Assembly (NCBI GenBank): GCA_043228905.1
Contig: JBHGNT010000015.1
Coordinates: 5,704,001-5,768,000 of the forward strand
Reading direction: 5' to 3'
DNA length: 64,000 bases
Source: Azolla caroliniana
Taxonomy: Eukaryota; Plantae; Polypodiophyta
This document shows positions 35,310 through 47,999 of the stretch, piece by piece (the first letter of the stretch is position 1; every line of letters starts with the position of its first letter). Position numbers and translations under genes: made by a program. The notes below the pieces were generated by a model. It was not told where the DNA came from and searched no databases. It saw nothing but the letters and a program-made list of their open reading frames with translations.

Positions 35310-38016
35310 GACCAAAATTTTGGGAACCTTTTCCATACTCACTGTCGTGTGAGTGAGTCGATTCATTTCCATTTGAGTCTTCGTACTCAGGCATTTTGGC
35401 CTTACCTTTGGTATCCATCTTCGGACTTGGCCACAACGTGCTTTGGTCGCTTGGAGGCTCTTGTGGTCCACTCAACCTGGTTGAGATTGGACTTTCCACT
35501 GATGTGAGCCTCGGTCAATCATCCTCCTCTGCATCTGTGTCGAACTCGGTTTCAACTATGTCGGATAGGGCTGATTCGACTGTATACCAAGATGCCGACT
35601 CGTTGAATACTACATCCCTACTCACTCGTACCTTCTTGGTGGAAGGATTGAAGCACTTATACCCTTTTTGCTTGAGTGAGTACCCTACGAGTATACATTT
35701 CTCCAACTTGGGATCGAGCTTCTCCCACTTCTCTTCAGGAATATGTACATATGCCATTGAACTGAATATCCTGACGTGGGATAGATCCGGTTTCTTCCCA
35801 TAGAGCTTTTTGCAGGGGGTAACATCGTGCACTCCTGATGTTGTGCAGCAATTCATTAGGTAGACGACCGTATTCGCCCCTTCAGCCCAATATGATTTTG
35901 GCAGATGTTTCTCATTCATCATTGCCCTTGCCACCTCGAGTATGTGCCGATTCTTGCGTTCGGCTACTCCGTTCTACTAAGGTATGTGTCAACAAGTAAA
36001 CTCCCGCCGGATTCCTTCTTGTCGAAGTTATGCGGTAAAGGCGCCAAAGAAGTACTCTTTGTCGCCGTCCGATCGAAGGCATCGTACATGACGATTGGTT
36101 GCCTTTTCGACTTCATTCTTGAATTTCTGGAAGTGCGAGAACACTTCACTCTTCTGGTGCATGGGATAAATCTAGGTATGTCTGGAGAAGTCTTCGATGA
36201 ACGTTACGTAGTACTAACAACCACTGAATGTTGCCGTCTGGGTTGGTCCCCATACATCTGAATGTATTACATCCGGGATCCCTTTGCTTACGTTCCTCAC
36301 CTTTGGGAATGGTTGTCGGTGTTGTTTGCCGAATTCACAAGCTTTGCACATGCTTGCAATTTCCTTTTCGGCAAAAGTCAGGACTCCGATGACGACTTCT
36401 TTCTACTACATTCCTTTGAGCTTTTGTAGGTTGATGTGGCCTATCTGTTTGTGCCAGAACTCTATGTCAGTGTTGCCCTTTCGGCCCTTGGCATACATTG
36501 CTTATTTCATCTCGTGAGAATCGAGGATTAACATTCGGCCTTCTCTTAGACCGCGAGCGATAATTTGGCCTTCCTTTTCGATGAAGCAATCACCGTCGTT
36601 GAATCGAACTTGCATGCATTGTTCCATGATATGACCGACCGAGACCAAATTCTTCGTTATAGTTGGAACACGCAACACGTTCTTGATGTAGGTCTGATTC
36701 CCTTCTTTGCCGAAAGGGACATTTTCGACATGTTGAATGGGGTGAATTTAGTCATCCCTAGTTTCCACATATGTGGGTCGTTCAGGTTTTCGTAGCTCTC
36801 GAAACCAATCTTCATGAGACGTCATGTGATTGGATGCACCCGAATCGACAAACCATACATTTTCCTAGTTGGAGATGCTTGTCGGACATGATGTCGTCAT
36901 TGACTTCGCTCTATGTCGCATCATGAACATTCCGCCATGATCATCGTAGTCGGAGTTGGAGGCTTAGTTGGTAAGTTGTCGGCTTGTGGAAGTTGACTCA
37001 CTCTTCTTTTTCCGACACTCTGCCTCATAGTGGCCGAATTTACCACAATATTCGCACTGGGCGGGATTGTTTTGTCAGCTAGGTCCAGCATGATTGCTCC
37101 CCCTCCTTCTGGACACTCCACCTCTATGTTCTCGGGGTTGCTCTTGGTTGTGTCAGCCTTGCTCGAATCAGCCTCTTCTTCCACGACCTTGTCCTCTTCC
37201 TCCATTGAAGTTCAAATATAGCATTTGTCCTTCTTGCGCATTGCTTCTTGTTCGAACATGATTCTCCTCGACTAGTAACATCGACTGGAGATCAAAGAAG
37301 GAGGGAGGATTCTCCCTCGCGAGGATTGTCGACCGAATGGCTCCGAACCGAGGTGTTAAGCTGTCGAGGCAAATCTGCACCATTTCATCGTCGTCAATGC
37401 TAACATTGATCGACCCAAGGGCATCACATAGTTCCTTGATCTTCAAGGAGTAGTTGTCGATTGACATGTCCCTTTGTTGTATACCGTTCAACTCTTGATG
37501 GAGTAGAAGCTTTATTGCGGTCGTGGTGGCCGCGAAGATCTTCTTGAGGTTCCCCCACGCCTCCTTCGGCATTTTAGCCTCTTGGATGTAACCGAGCATG
37601 TGATCATGGACACATGATGCAAGGCAGTACAACACATGACTCACCGCTTGCTCCCAAGCTGGGTAGTCAACATGTGGTGGGTTGGGTTGATTTTCGTTTG
37701 CTCCTTCGACATAACTCCAATAGCCTTGGCCAACAAGGTATTGGTGCATCGTGTACTGCCAAGATGCAAAGTTGTTTCGGTCAAGCTTCTCAGTAGGAAG
37801 AGCGCTTCCCATCTGAGTGTTCATGTTGAGCTTCTTCTTCTTCTCTTTGATACAAACTATACAGGTTGTTGCTACAGTGATCAGTCTGTTCTTTCCGAAC
37901 TCAGGATTGGGCACAACACACGCAGAGGCGATGGACTTCGATCAAGCAACCACATGCTCTGCTACCATGTAAAGAATCATATGGATTCTGTGCAGCGGAA
38001 GAAGTGTGTGTGTGTG

Positions 38017-38071
<55 letters not shown>

Positions 38072-38352
38072 CAAGATTACAGAAAAACAGAAAATTGTAT
38101 TACAAGGAAACAAGAATGACCAACAGTTACAAAGAGAAGGAGAAGGTGCTTATGTAGTCACCTTCTCTCTTGATTCTCTCACTAGAGGCGCCTCTTGGGA
38201 GAGCAGTCGAGTCTTAACTACTTAAAGAATATGTGTCATAGGTATTAACTTCTATGACACACTAGTTACTATACAAGGAGGTGGGGTGGTCACACACTTG
38301 AGTATCCTAGAGTGTGTTCCCATACACAGGAAGTTGAGTTTGATTCTTAACA
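35310..38352 (-). mobile_element. 3'-truncated copia (5' LTR 37968-38352, PBS TGGTAGCAGAGC 37956-37967, gag, PR, INT)
   Basis: KLDRNNFASW gag, WFVDSGASNHMT, YWAEGANTVVYLMN, KLDPKLEKCILVGYS. Confidence 0.9.
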
Positions 38353-38382
38353 TTATCTTTAGTGTATACTTTTTTTCTCTAT

Positions 38383-38406
38383 GCCCCCCCCCCCCCCCCC
38401 CCCCCC
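38383..38406. repeat. poly-C tract (about 24 nt; G-quadruplex-capable on the minus strand)
   Basis: Direct reading of the sequence. Confidence 0.85.
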
Positions 38407-38499
38407 AACACATACACACATAGACACGCATAATCTTACTTAATCTATTTTGTTGAATATATACAGTTGATCCTCTAAAGAACCACATTTTCTCTTTCT

Positions 38500-38667
38500 T
38501 TACATGATATCAAACCGTTAATATCATTCATAGGCATAACTTCTTAGTTTGAATGTGTTTCTCCTTGACAACACTATTTAAGAATAATCAATTCATCCAC
38601 ATCAATTTGGTTGTGAACTCATATTGTAGTTTTGCGACATAGATCGTGCATGAAGACACGCATGGGT

Positions 38668-38713
<46 letters not shown>

Positions 38714-40704
38714 GTCATATGAGAAGCTTGACCAATGTAACTTTGCATCATGGAAATATAAGATGCAAGATGCATCAATACCTTGTAGGACAAAGTTATC
38801 AGGGTTGTAGTCAAGGCAACCTTAACAACATGCCCATTATGACAAATGCCAACTATATGGGATGGCAACAAGGTTCAAGCTACATCACATGTTTTATGAC
38901 ATGCATTCACAAAGACATGCTTGACTGCGTACATGACCCAAAGACACTAAATAAATCACATGAAAACTTGAAGAATATATTTTTCATGAACATGACCACT
39001 TACAAACATGAATTCCAACAAGAATTGAACAACATTCAACAAAAGGGTGTATTAAACAATGATTACATCCTCAAGATCAAATCAGTGTGTGATTTTGTTG
39101 CCTCCATTGACATGCTTGTGAATGAGAAGAGGCGATGGATATATGCCGCAATGGCCTCGGACAATAGTTTAGTTCATTGAGAGCAACTATGATCACTAGA
39201 GAAACACTAGCATCATCCTGTGACATCCAATCAATGTTGTTTTAAAAGAAAAGATATGTTCACATGAAGAGTAATATAGACTTTTTAATACAAATTCTAT
39301 ACTCTACACTCTGACAATGATCAAATTTTATTCTATCTCTATGAGAGACAAAGAAGATTGGGTGGCAAAAGATTCAACGACAAAACGTAGACTCCCAACC
39401 CCAACACAAAAAGGGAAGAAAAAGTGGAAGAATTAAAAACCGGAAGAAGAGGGAGTTTGAGAGGACACTTAGTGTAAAGAAAGATATATGAAAGACATAA
39501 GAGAAACAATGAGTCTCCAATCATAAGAATAATTTAGTTGCATTGTTTGGATCAAATACGTGACAGAATACTATGCTTTACCAAAGATGCTTATGATCCT
39601 CTTTGGGTGATAATGATGGATGATGAGATGCAAGCTCTCTACAACAACACGATAAAGTACAACACAAGAAGGTCATTAATTGTTGAAGGGTCTACAATGT
39701 AACAACTCCAATGGATTGGTCAATTGTTACAAAGCCCAATTAAGTGCCTAGGGTTTTGGACAAACCTACAACATCAATTGTGATGGGGCTTTAGTTCTTG
39801 TGGTAAAGGTGATGATCATGCATATTGTTCTAATGCATATCATGAAGAAGGCATACTAGCTATATCAAAAGACATGAGCAATAACTTCCTCCAAGGAGGG
39901 GTTGGGAAATTCTACGTGCAACAACCTCCCAAATTAGTTGGAATCTTACTAACATATCATACGTTGTCGTGAAGAATGTGCTTCACGATATAAAAATGAG
40001 CTTAAATGTTGTATTTAATAATATTTGAGAGACTTGAACCCACATCCTCATATACGATGTACAATGTACATACCACTAGGCTAGGCTATTTATTTGTAAA
40101 AGTGTGTAATAAATGTGCTTCATGATATAAGAATGAAGCTATATATTGTATTAAGTAAAATTGAGGGACTTGAAGCCTCAACCTTGTATACCAAGCACCA
40201 AGCATACACCACTAAACTAGGTTAGTTATTTTAAAATGCATTTTCATCATTATACTTATCCCATATCTATTTTCATACATAGCCATCATTCATCACATGC
40301 AATGCATGTACGCCAAATGGCGATCATACATTACATGTAACTCATGCATTGCATGCATGCCATGCTCCCATACATTACCATATGCATGGCAACACTTATA
40401 TAAAGAGGGGAAAGGGAAAACAAGGGAAGGAAAGAGAAGAGAGAGTGAGAAAATAATACAATCAAGTAAAGAAGACTAGCTCATTGGGTGGAGAACCTCT
40501 CGTTTCGAAGTTGAGGTCGTGGGTTCAAATCAAGGGTCGGTATTGAAAAGATTCATCTTGCGATCAAGGATTGTAAAGTTGGTAAAATATTATATTTTCA
40601 ATATACATCATGTTTATATCATATACTCTTGTTCTTTGAATCATATTTTGTCTCAATCTTCTTTCTTGAAATTATACATTGTCTCTATCTTTTATCTATG
40701 CTCG

Positions 40705-40737
<33 letters not shown>

Positions 40738-41070
40738 TTACTCGTAACTCTTCTTCTTACTGTCCTTAACCATTCTATCATCACCATACAAGCCTTATTA
40801 AAAGTTAAGTTTCTTCAACTCCCCTTAACCTTAGTCCCCGCGACTTCGCCGCACGAACCACAACTACCCCAACAACGTTGGTTGTAGAATCCATTGTGTT
40901 TAAAAAAATCATCGAGGATGTGACACTCTAAGATCATATAATATCTATACATAGGCTTTTGCATGCCAATGTTGTAGGACTTTGTCAATGTGTTAGCTTA
41001 CTCTTAGGGCACCACACTCATTTTCTTGTATGTTGATGACCTAGTAATCAATAGGGAGCATGTGATCACC
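38500..41070 (+). pseudogene. Highly degenerate copia gag and RT remnants
   Basis: MHQYLVGQSY...QQELNNIQQ (homologous to the gag at 37168-37914); FYVQQP at ~39910; VYVDDLVI at ~41027. Confidence 0.7.
39965..40924 (+). mobile_element. LTR of the TGTCGTGAAG clade carrying three tRNA-like A/B-box cassettes
   Basis: TGTCGTGAAG...GTGACA with TATA at ~40396; flanks (ACGT / CTCT) do not match, so the right end is uncertain. Confidence 0.65.
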
Positions 41071-41230
41071 ATAAAGTAAAATCTCTACTTATTGCCATGT
41101 CTGAAAAGAAGAATAGGATGAGCTCCATTGCCCAAACTACCTCACAGAATCTTATTCTCCTAACAACACAACATCTCACGTGAACTTGTTCAAATATAAC
41201 ATGAAAAATGAAAAGCCAATCACAGCCCAT

Positions 41231-42355
41231 TGTTGTGAAAATTTCCATTTAAAAAAGTTATTCTTAAATAAGCATGAAGTGTGAAATTTAGAACCTAAGA
41301 CCTTTTCTCTTTAAGTGAAAGTATAAAACGCTAGAATAATTATTAAATAAAAGTGTTCGCATAGATTTATGCAATTGAATCATTCTATTTAAACTAAAGC
41401 ATGAGCACTAAGTGTTGACATGCTCTAGCTAATAGTTGGCAATGGTTTGGTTTGAACCGAACTGAACCGCGAAATTGTGGCTTAACGGTCTAAATGGTTC
41501 GGTTCGGTCTGGTTCAAGTTCAAGTTTTTTTTAACAGTTCGGTTTCGATTTGCTTTGGTTTGGGGGGTGAAAGGTTCGGTTTCAACGCTTAGGAACCGTG
41601 GTTTAAACAGTTTAATGGTTTTTAAAAAAAAATTTAAACAATCTTTTCATTTTTAAGCCTAATTCTCACATTTTAGGAAAATCTTTAAATTTTTTAAAAT
41701 TAAAAATTAAAAATAATGAGAAAAATTAAAAATTAAAAATTTTGACCTAAGTTGAAAACCGAAACCGAACCACAAAACTACGCTTTTAATAGTTTTGATT
41801 TTTTTTAAATGGTTCGATTTAACGGTTTCGTGGTGTTTTTTTTTCATAAAAATTTATCCTCCATTGGTATTAAAATTAGAGTGGTGAAAGGCAATATACA
41901 AAATTGTCCACTATTACAATGAATATTGTATACTCATGCTGAATGGCTGTAGCCAATCTTTCTAGGTAAAGATAAGTAATCTTTCTAACCAATCTTGCTC
42001 ATGTTCAGCATATCCAAGACTAACGTGTTCATCCAGCAATCCCTTTCTTTTGGTTCGTGGTTCGGTTCAGTTCAAGTTTCAAAAAATTTAAATGGTTCAG
42101 TTTCAAACCGGTTTGGTTTTGACACTCTCGAACCGAACCGAACCATTTCCGATTGTTAGCTCTAGCCCTTAGTGCATGTGAGGTATCCTGTAGTGGGCAT
42201 CTAATCTTATATTTATTAGAGGAAAAAGGAAAGAAAACAAGTATTTTATGTGTAGGGAGAATACAAGAGCAACATGGCTCACAACTTTTGGACAATAGGG
42301 TAGACATATCAAGTGTAAGCGAATACTTCAATAAATAAAATTACATTTTTTCTAT
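41231..42355 (+). repeat. Old LTR-like direct repeat, copy 1 (split by a MITE)
   Basis: Shares GAGCACTAAGTG, GAAAACAAGTAT, AATACAAGAGCAACATGG and AATACTTCAATAAATAAA with ~47090-47472; begins TGTTGTGAAA. Confidence 0.7.
41430..42158. mobile_element. hAT-type MITE with 8-bp TSD GCTCTAGC
   Basis: TSD at 41422-41429 and 42159-42166; TIR TAATAGTTGGCAATGGTT / AACCATTTCCGATTGTTA; GGTTC/GAACC subterminal repeats. Confidence 0.9.
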
Positions 42356-42668
42356 TTGTGTATGTCTTGTATTGGTTTTGTGTATTGGATAATTTAGGGT
42401 TGTGATGGAGAGATGAGATGGAGGTGAACACTATTGGTTATGATGAGACAAGTGTGTACAAATATGAAGAAAGAAGAGTTCTTATGAGGATCAAGATCAT
42501 CATGGTTGCGATCATGATGAGGTACGTGAAAATGAAGAAGAAGACACAAGGAGATTAGATAAGTATGGAGACCATAGTTGTCGTGCTTGTGGTTGTGATG
42601 ATCCATGAAATGTAGAAGAAGATCATGAGAGATGGTTGAAAAACGAAGGAAACCATGAAGAAGCGAGG

Positions 42669-44147
42669 ATGCAGAAGGCATTGACGACTACAGAACAAGT
42701 CGTGGGAGGCGCGAACAATGCAACAACCACGACAGGTACGTACCAAACGAACAGGAGGTTGGCAACAAAACAGCCACATACACCATTTACAATTGGACTG
42801 TACATGCGGGTAGGGGAGTCTAATGCATCCCCCCCAACCATCGCCTCAATTGTGTGATGAGATAGACGACCTCATGTTATCAGAGGAGAATAAATTCACG
42901 GTGGTAGGTGAGGTACATAGGTTCAAGGTGTTTTCTCTGGTTGTGTAGATGCAAGGTTCAAGACCTAATCGATCGAAACTCCTACATATTTTATATGTTG
43001 CTTTTTCGGAGGAAGTGGCTAACATCCTTGACATTCAATTTATGTCCAGAGGATGTTACCATGTGGAATTGGCAGATGAGGAGTTTGTCAACAAGCTTTT
43101 AGCGATTAAGGAGGTGGGTGTGGAAGGTGCATGGATTTCCTTTCACAAATGGTCGCATAATGTTAAGGTGGATGACATTTTGTAGGATTAGGAATCTAGC
43201 ATGGTTTTTACGGTGGTATTCCCTGGTTTGAGGAAGGAGTGTCCAGGAACGTTCTTCCTCACATTGGGTCTTTGCTAGGTAAAGTTATTGCTACGCACGA
43301 TGGACAAGCTTCTGGGACAAATAGAGTGGGTGGGGTTCTAGTAATTCAGTTGATCGCACCAAGAAATGTTTGGTTGCCTACAACTATATATTTACCTAAT
43401 TTACTTATTAATAAACCTCCAATGCTGCAAAAGGTGTATTATCAAGGTATTCCTCATCAATGTTTTGTGTGCCGTCAATTTGGTCATTTAGGTCGAGATT
43501 GTTAGAAGCGACGTCCGAATGTAGAAGTGCATATACCTAATCGAGTAGTTGTTAATAATGATGGTTGGTCTACAGTTTCAACAAAACCTGTTTTTAAACT
43601 GACTAATACAATGATTAATCCAGTCTTATTACTTGAAGCTAACCCTTATCACTCTTTGCAAGAAGTGGAAAAGGATGCGAGTAATTTTAAAATGGATAGC
43701 GAACTTTCCCCAACAGTTTGTACAAAGGAAAATCGTGTGGCACATAAGTCCAAGGTCATCCTTTCACATGTACAACCTTTGGAATCTGTTAATAAAGTTA
43801 ATAATCAACTTAATAAGGGTAAACAACATGTTTTTGATCATGTACAAAAATCTGATATGCCCCTACTCCTGACTGACAATGAACAAACTGAAGTGGGCAA
43901 GGTAGACCTTGCACATGGTGACATGGATTGTGAGGCTATAGTTGCTTTAACTTCAGCGGATAGGTCTTCAGATAGGGTTCATACAGTAGATAAGTGCATG
44001 CCAATGCGATCACATAAGTTGATAGGGAAAGACCTTTGGACCAAGTCTAATAAGAGACAATTACGGGCCTTTGAGGATGGAAGAAAGGGTAGAGATGTTG
44101 CACTTGCCGAAAGAAGAATAGGAGGAAAAAATATGAATGATGGATAG
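42669..44147 (+). pseudogene. L1-type LINE ORF1 pseudogene
   Basis: IQFMSRGCYHVEL, WISFHKW, LPHIGSLLGKVI, zinc knuckle CFVCRQFGHLGRDC, DGWSTVS; stops and a frameshift. Confidence 0.75.
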
Positions 44148-44693
44148 GTTAAATATTATATCATGGAATGTTTGGTGTTGGGGGCTAAAGCAATTTTTTT
44201 ATGAGGGGATGAGGATAGCACATTCACTCTATTTTTGTTTGTACTGAACTTTATTGGCAAACGAACATATGATTGATGTGGAAAACGAAGAACATTGTCT
44301 ATTTTTGTAAAGGATGAGTGACGATGGTGTTGGGGGAAGAAGCAGAATTTCATGAGGGGATTAAAAGAGTAGTGTCATTATGTTTTTTGGTATGTACGGG
44401 ATTTTGCTACACTACGACGAGATGGTTAATGTGGACATTGGTGGTAATCGGCGACATGTTGGTAGGGGAAAAGGAAGCATATTTTCTTTGGTTGATAAGG
44501 ATGAGTGATGACATTGTTGGGGGCTGAAACATACTTTCATGAGGGGACGAGAACAGTAGAATCATTTTCTTTTGCAGGTGATTGTTGTATTCAACGAAAT
44601 ATATTTTGAATTAATATATCCCGAATTCTGCGATTCAGAACTTCAACGCAATGCAAGTATACACATGTTGAAGAAAACTAATGCAGGGGCAGC

Positions 44694-45950
44694 ATGGAAA
44701 GTTTGGTGTTTGCAAATGCAGCATCCAGTGATTTTGTTGTTTCTGTGTTTCTGAAAGCTTGTACTAAGCTGAAAGATTTGGAAAATGGCCAACAAATACA
44801 TGCACATATTGATGGGTCTAGGGCATTGGAAAGTAATGCTTTTGTTGGTTCGACTTCTTTTATGAACATGTATTCAAAATGTGGTATGATAGATCAAGTC
44901 AGAGATGTATTCGATAAGATCTTAGATCGTGATGTGGTATCATGGAATGCATTAATAGCACGCTATGGTCTTCATGATCGATATCACGAAGCATTGGAAT
45001 GTTTCGAGCATATGCAATGTCAAGGGATCATCCCAGAAGAAGTGAGTTTTGCATGTAGTTTGAAAGCTTGCAGTAGTATTGGTGTTGTAGCCATAGCCAA
45101 ATGTCAAAATTTGCATGCAAAAATTGAAATGAATGGGATGTTGAAAACAAGCCGAAATGTTGGCAATGCAGTAGTTGACATGTTGGCTCACTTGAAAAAA
45201 CAAAAGAGTTATTTGATCGTCTTCCAATAAGAGACATGGTATCTTGGAATGCATTAATTTGTGGATGGTTATGGTACAACATGAGCAAGGTGAGGAAGCG
45301 TTAATCAAGTCAAGAAGATGCAACTTCAATGAATTTCTGGAGATGAAGTCACATATGCATGCATTTTGAAAGCTTGGGGGTGCATTAGATCCACAAACAA
45401 GGGCGAGGAAGTACATTTCAATGCTGAGAGGAAAGGGCTTTTAAGAAAAAGCCAACTTGTTGGAAAAGCACTAGTAGATATTTATTTGAAATGTGTCATG
45501 CTAACAATTTGACAAACTTCCCATATGTGATACAATGACATGGAATACATTGTTCACAGGTTATGTGCACTATGAGCATGACGAGGAGGCCCTCAAAAGA
45601 AGACAATCTCTCCTAATTCTGTGACATTTGCATGTACTCTAAAATATTGTGCTAGCATTGGAGCAATAGAAAAGGGCAAAGAAATGCATGTAAAGATTGA
45701 GGAGATGGGCATGCTGAAGAGGAACCGGGTTGTTGGCAATGCATTGGTTGATCTATATGCTAAGTCTGGAGTCTTAGAGAAAGCATGTGAAGTCTTTGAT
45801 ATGCTTCCAACTCAAAATATAGTCTCATGGAATGTTCTGATTACAAGATATGGTCAAGTTGGAGAAAATGAAAATGTTTTCTCTGTATTTGACCAGGTGA
45901 GAAGAAATGGAGTTTTACCAAATCCGGTTTTACCACATTCGATCACCTTT
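44694..45950 (+). pseudogene. PLS-class pentatricopeptide repeat (PPR) pseudogene
   Basis: FVGSTSFMNMYSKCG...RDVVSWNALI, VSFACSLKACSSIG, VGNALVDLYAKSG...NIVSWNVLI; frameshifted, no introns evident. Confidence 0.9.
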
Positions 45951-47089
45951 CTTGTTGTGCGATTACTCTTAAGTAATGGAAATGTTGTTAGAATAAATAT
46001 AATAGCTTCACCATCCCCAATATATTGTGACGCATAATGGAAATGTTGGAAATGCTTGTAGTCATACAACCATGGTAGATAAAGGATGCATTCATACAGC
46101 CTGTATGTGTTCACCGTTCTTTGTAGTTTTCCACTCTGAGTCTTTGGGCTTTCTTATTGGCCTATCATGGCGACAACCTTTATAATGTTGTCAGACTAAT
46201 CATTTTGTCATGTATGTAGAATTTCTACTAATGAAGAATATTTTTTTTGGAAAAAAAAGAAGGAAACCACGAGAGAAGACTTGGAAGAAGAAGAAAAAAA
46301 AGTAAGGTCAAGACCATCATGGTTGACATGTTGATGAAACATGAGATAAGATTTTGACCATGAGAGAAGGGATTTGGTTCTTCATGGTTGTGGTTGTGAT
46401 AAGGAAGATGGTAGGAGCTCAAAATAGAGGCATCAACAATATTCCATATGTAATCCTGATAACTATGATTGTAATGATGATAAGAGTACCAAAGTTAAGG
46501 TTTTGACCATGGTAAGGGATTGTAAGATTGATGACGGCGATGATTGTGCAAGCGCAAGCATATTTATTAGTGCTTAGGGTGAGCATTATGATGGAAAAAA
46601 TGGTAGCATATTTATTATGTAATTGGTTAAGATAAGAATAAGTATCACGAAAATAATAAGGATGAGGGTAAGATATGAGAGGATGATGATAATGAATTGT
46701 GTGTTTTAGGTTGCAATAGTTTTCTTCATGATAGGCGTTTTGGTGATGAAAACAACGGTTTGGGTAAGTCAAAAGGTGATCATCATGAGGGCTTTCGTGT
46801 TGAATATGGAATAAGGCTTTGTGATGATGAGGATGTCATAGAAAAATATATTGATAGTGAGGATATTAAAGAACATGATGATGATGTGGATGCGTTTAAA
46901 GATCAAGTGAGTATAAATGATGGTGACCTAGAAGAAGATAAAGGGATTTGGATGTGTATAATGATCACATATGTGAATATGTTGATGTTATGGGTGCATG
47001 GATGAATAATGAGATTTGGGTTTATGATGAAACACGATGGGTGTCATTTTGCCAATTCACATGATGTAAAAAGACCTCCAAAGAGAGGA

Positions 47090-47472
47090 ATTTGTCCATT
47101 TTAAAACGTTATTTTAAATAAGCACAAAATACAAATTTCGTACTAAAACCTTATCTCTTTGACTGAATGTATAAACCATTATTTAAAGAGTGTTCTAATA
47201 CATCTACATAATTCAATTGTTGTATGTAAGCTAAAGTGTGAGCACTAAGTGATGACATGCCCTTAGCCCTTAGCTCTTACCTTTAAGTGGATGTGCAACC
47301 CTATATAAAGGGCATCTTACCTTATATGTTTTAGGGAAAAAAAGAGAAGAAAACAAGTATCCTATGCATGGGGGAAAATACAAGAGCAACATGGTTTGCA
47401 AATTTCTCAAGAGGAGAGTAAATATCTCAAGTATAAGTTAATACTTCAATAAATAAAGTCACATTTTTTCAT
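47090..47472 (+). repeat. Old LTR-like direct repeat, copy 2
   Basis: Diverged match to 41240-41429 plus 42159-42355. Confidence 0.7.
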
Positions 47473-47999
47473 AGATATTGTAAGAATTGGATAAATTTGA
47501 TCTAATTTTGCCTAAAGGTAATGGCTTAATACTTTAATAATAAACAAAAGAATCATATTATATTTAATTATGTGTTGTGACTTATTGATGAAGTTTATAT
47601 GTATATCATCTACCTTAAAGTGCATGGGTTTGAGACCTAACTCAGCAAACCATTTTTACCAACCATCTTTTTGCTACGCACGTGTGCCACGGACTTCAAA
47701 CACTACTCAACCGCAACTTGAAGATGCAAGTCGACCTCATGTCCATTCTTTGTGATCTAATATGGTATCAACAAATAATCTAAGTCTTATTACTTAATGA
47801 GCACTCACCTTGACCTTACCTACATGGTTAGCTAGCTTATTCATGTTGTACGCACCATGTAAGAACAACGAATGATACCATGGACCATTGAAATCTTTTG
47901 TGGACCAAGAGTTTTGGTTCAACTCAAAGGCTATACAAATATTGATTGGATCGGTAGTTTGGTGGACCACTGATTCTGGGATTGAGTTTCGGCTGCTTC

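Larger units (their letters stand above)
42659..46258 (+). mobile_element. LINE-derived insertion carrying PPR sequence (ORF1, PPR, 3' tail, A8, TSD)
   Basis: GAAGGAAACCA(T/C)GA at 42645-42658 and 46259-46272, with an A-run immediately before the right copy. Confidence 0.65.
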
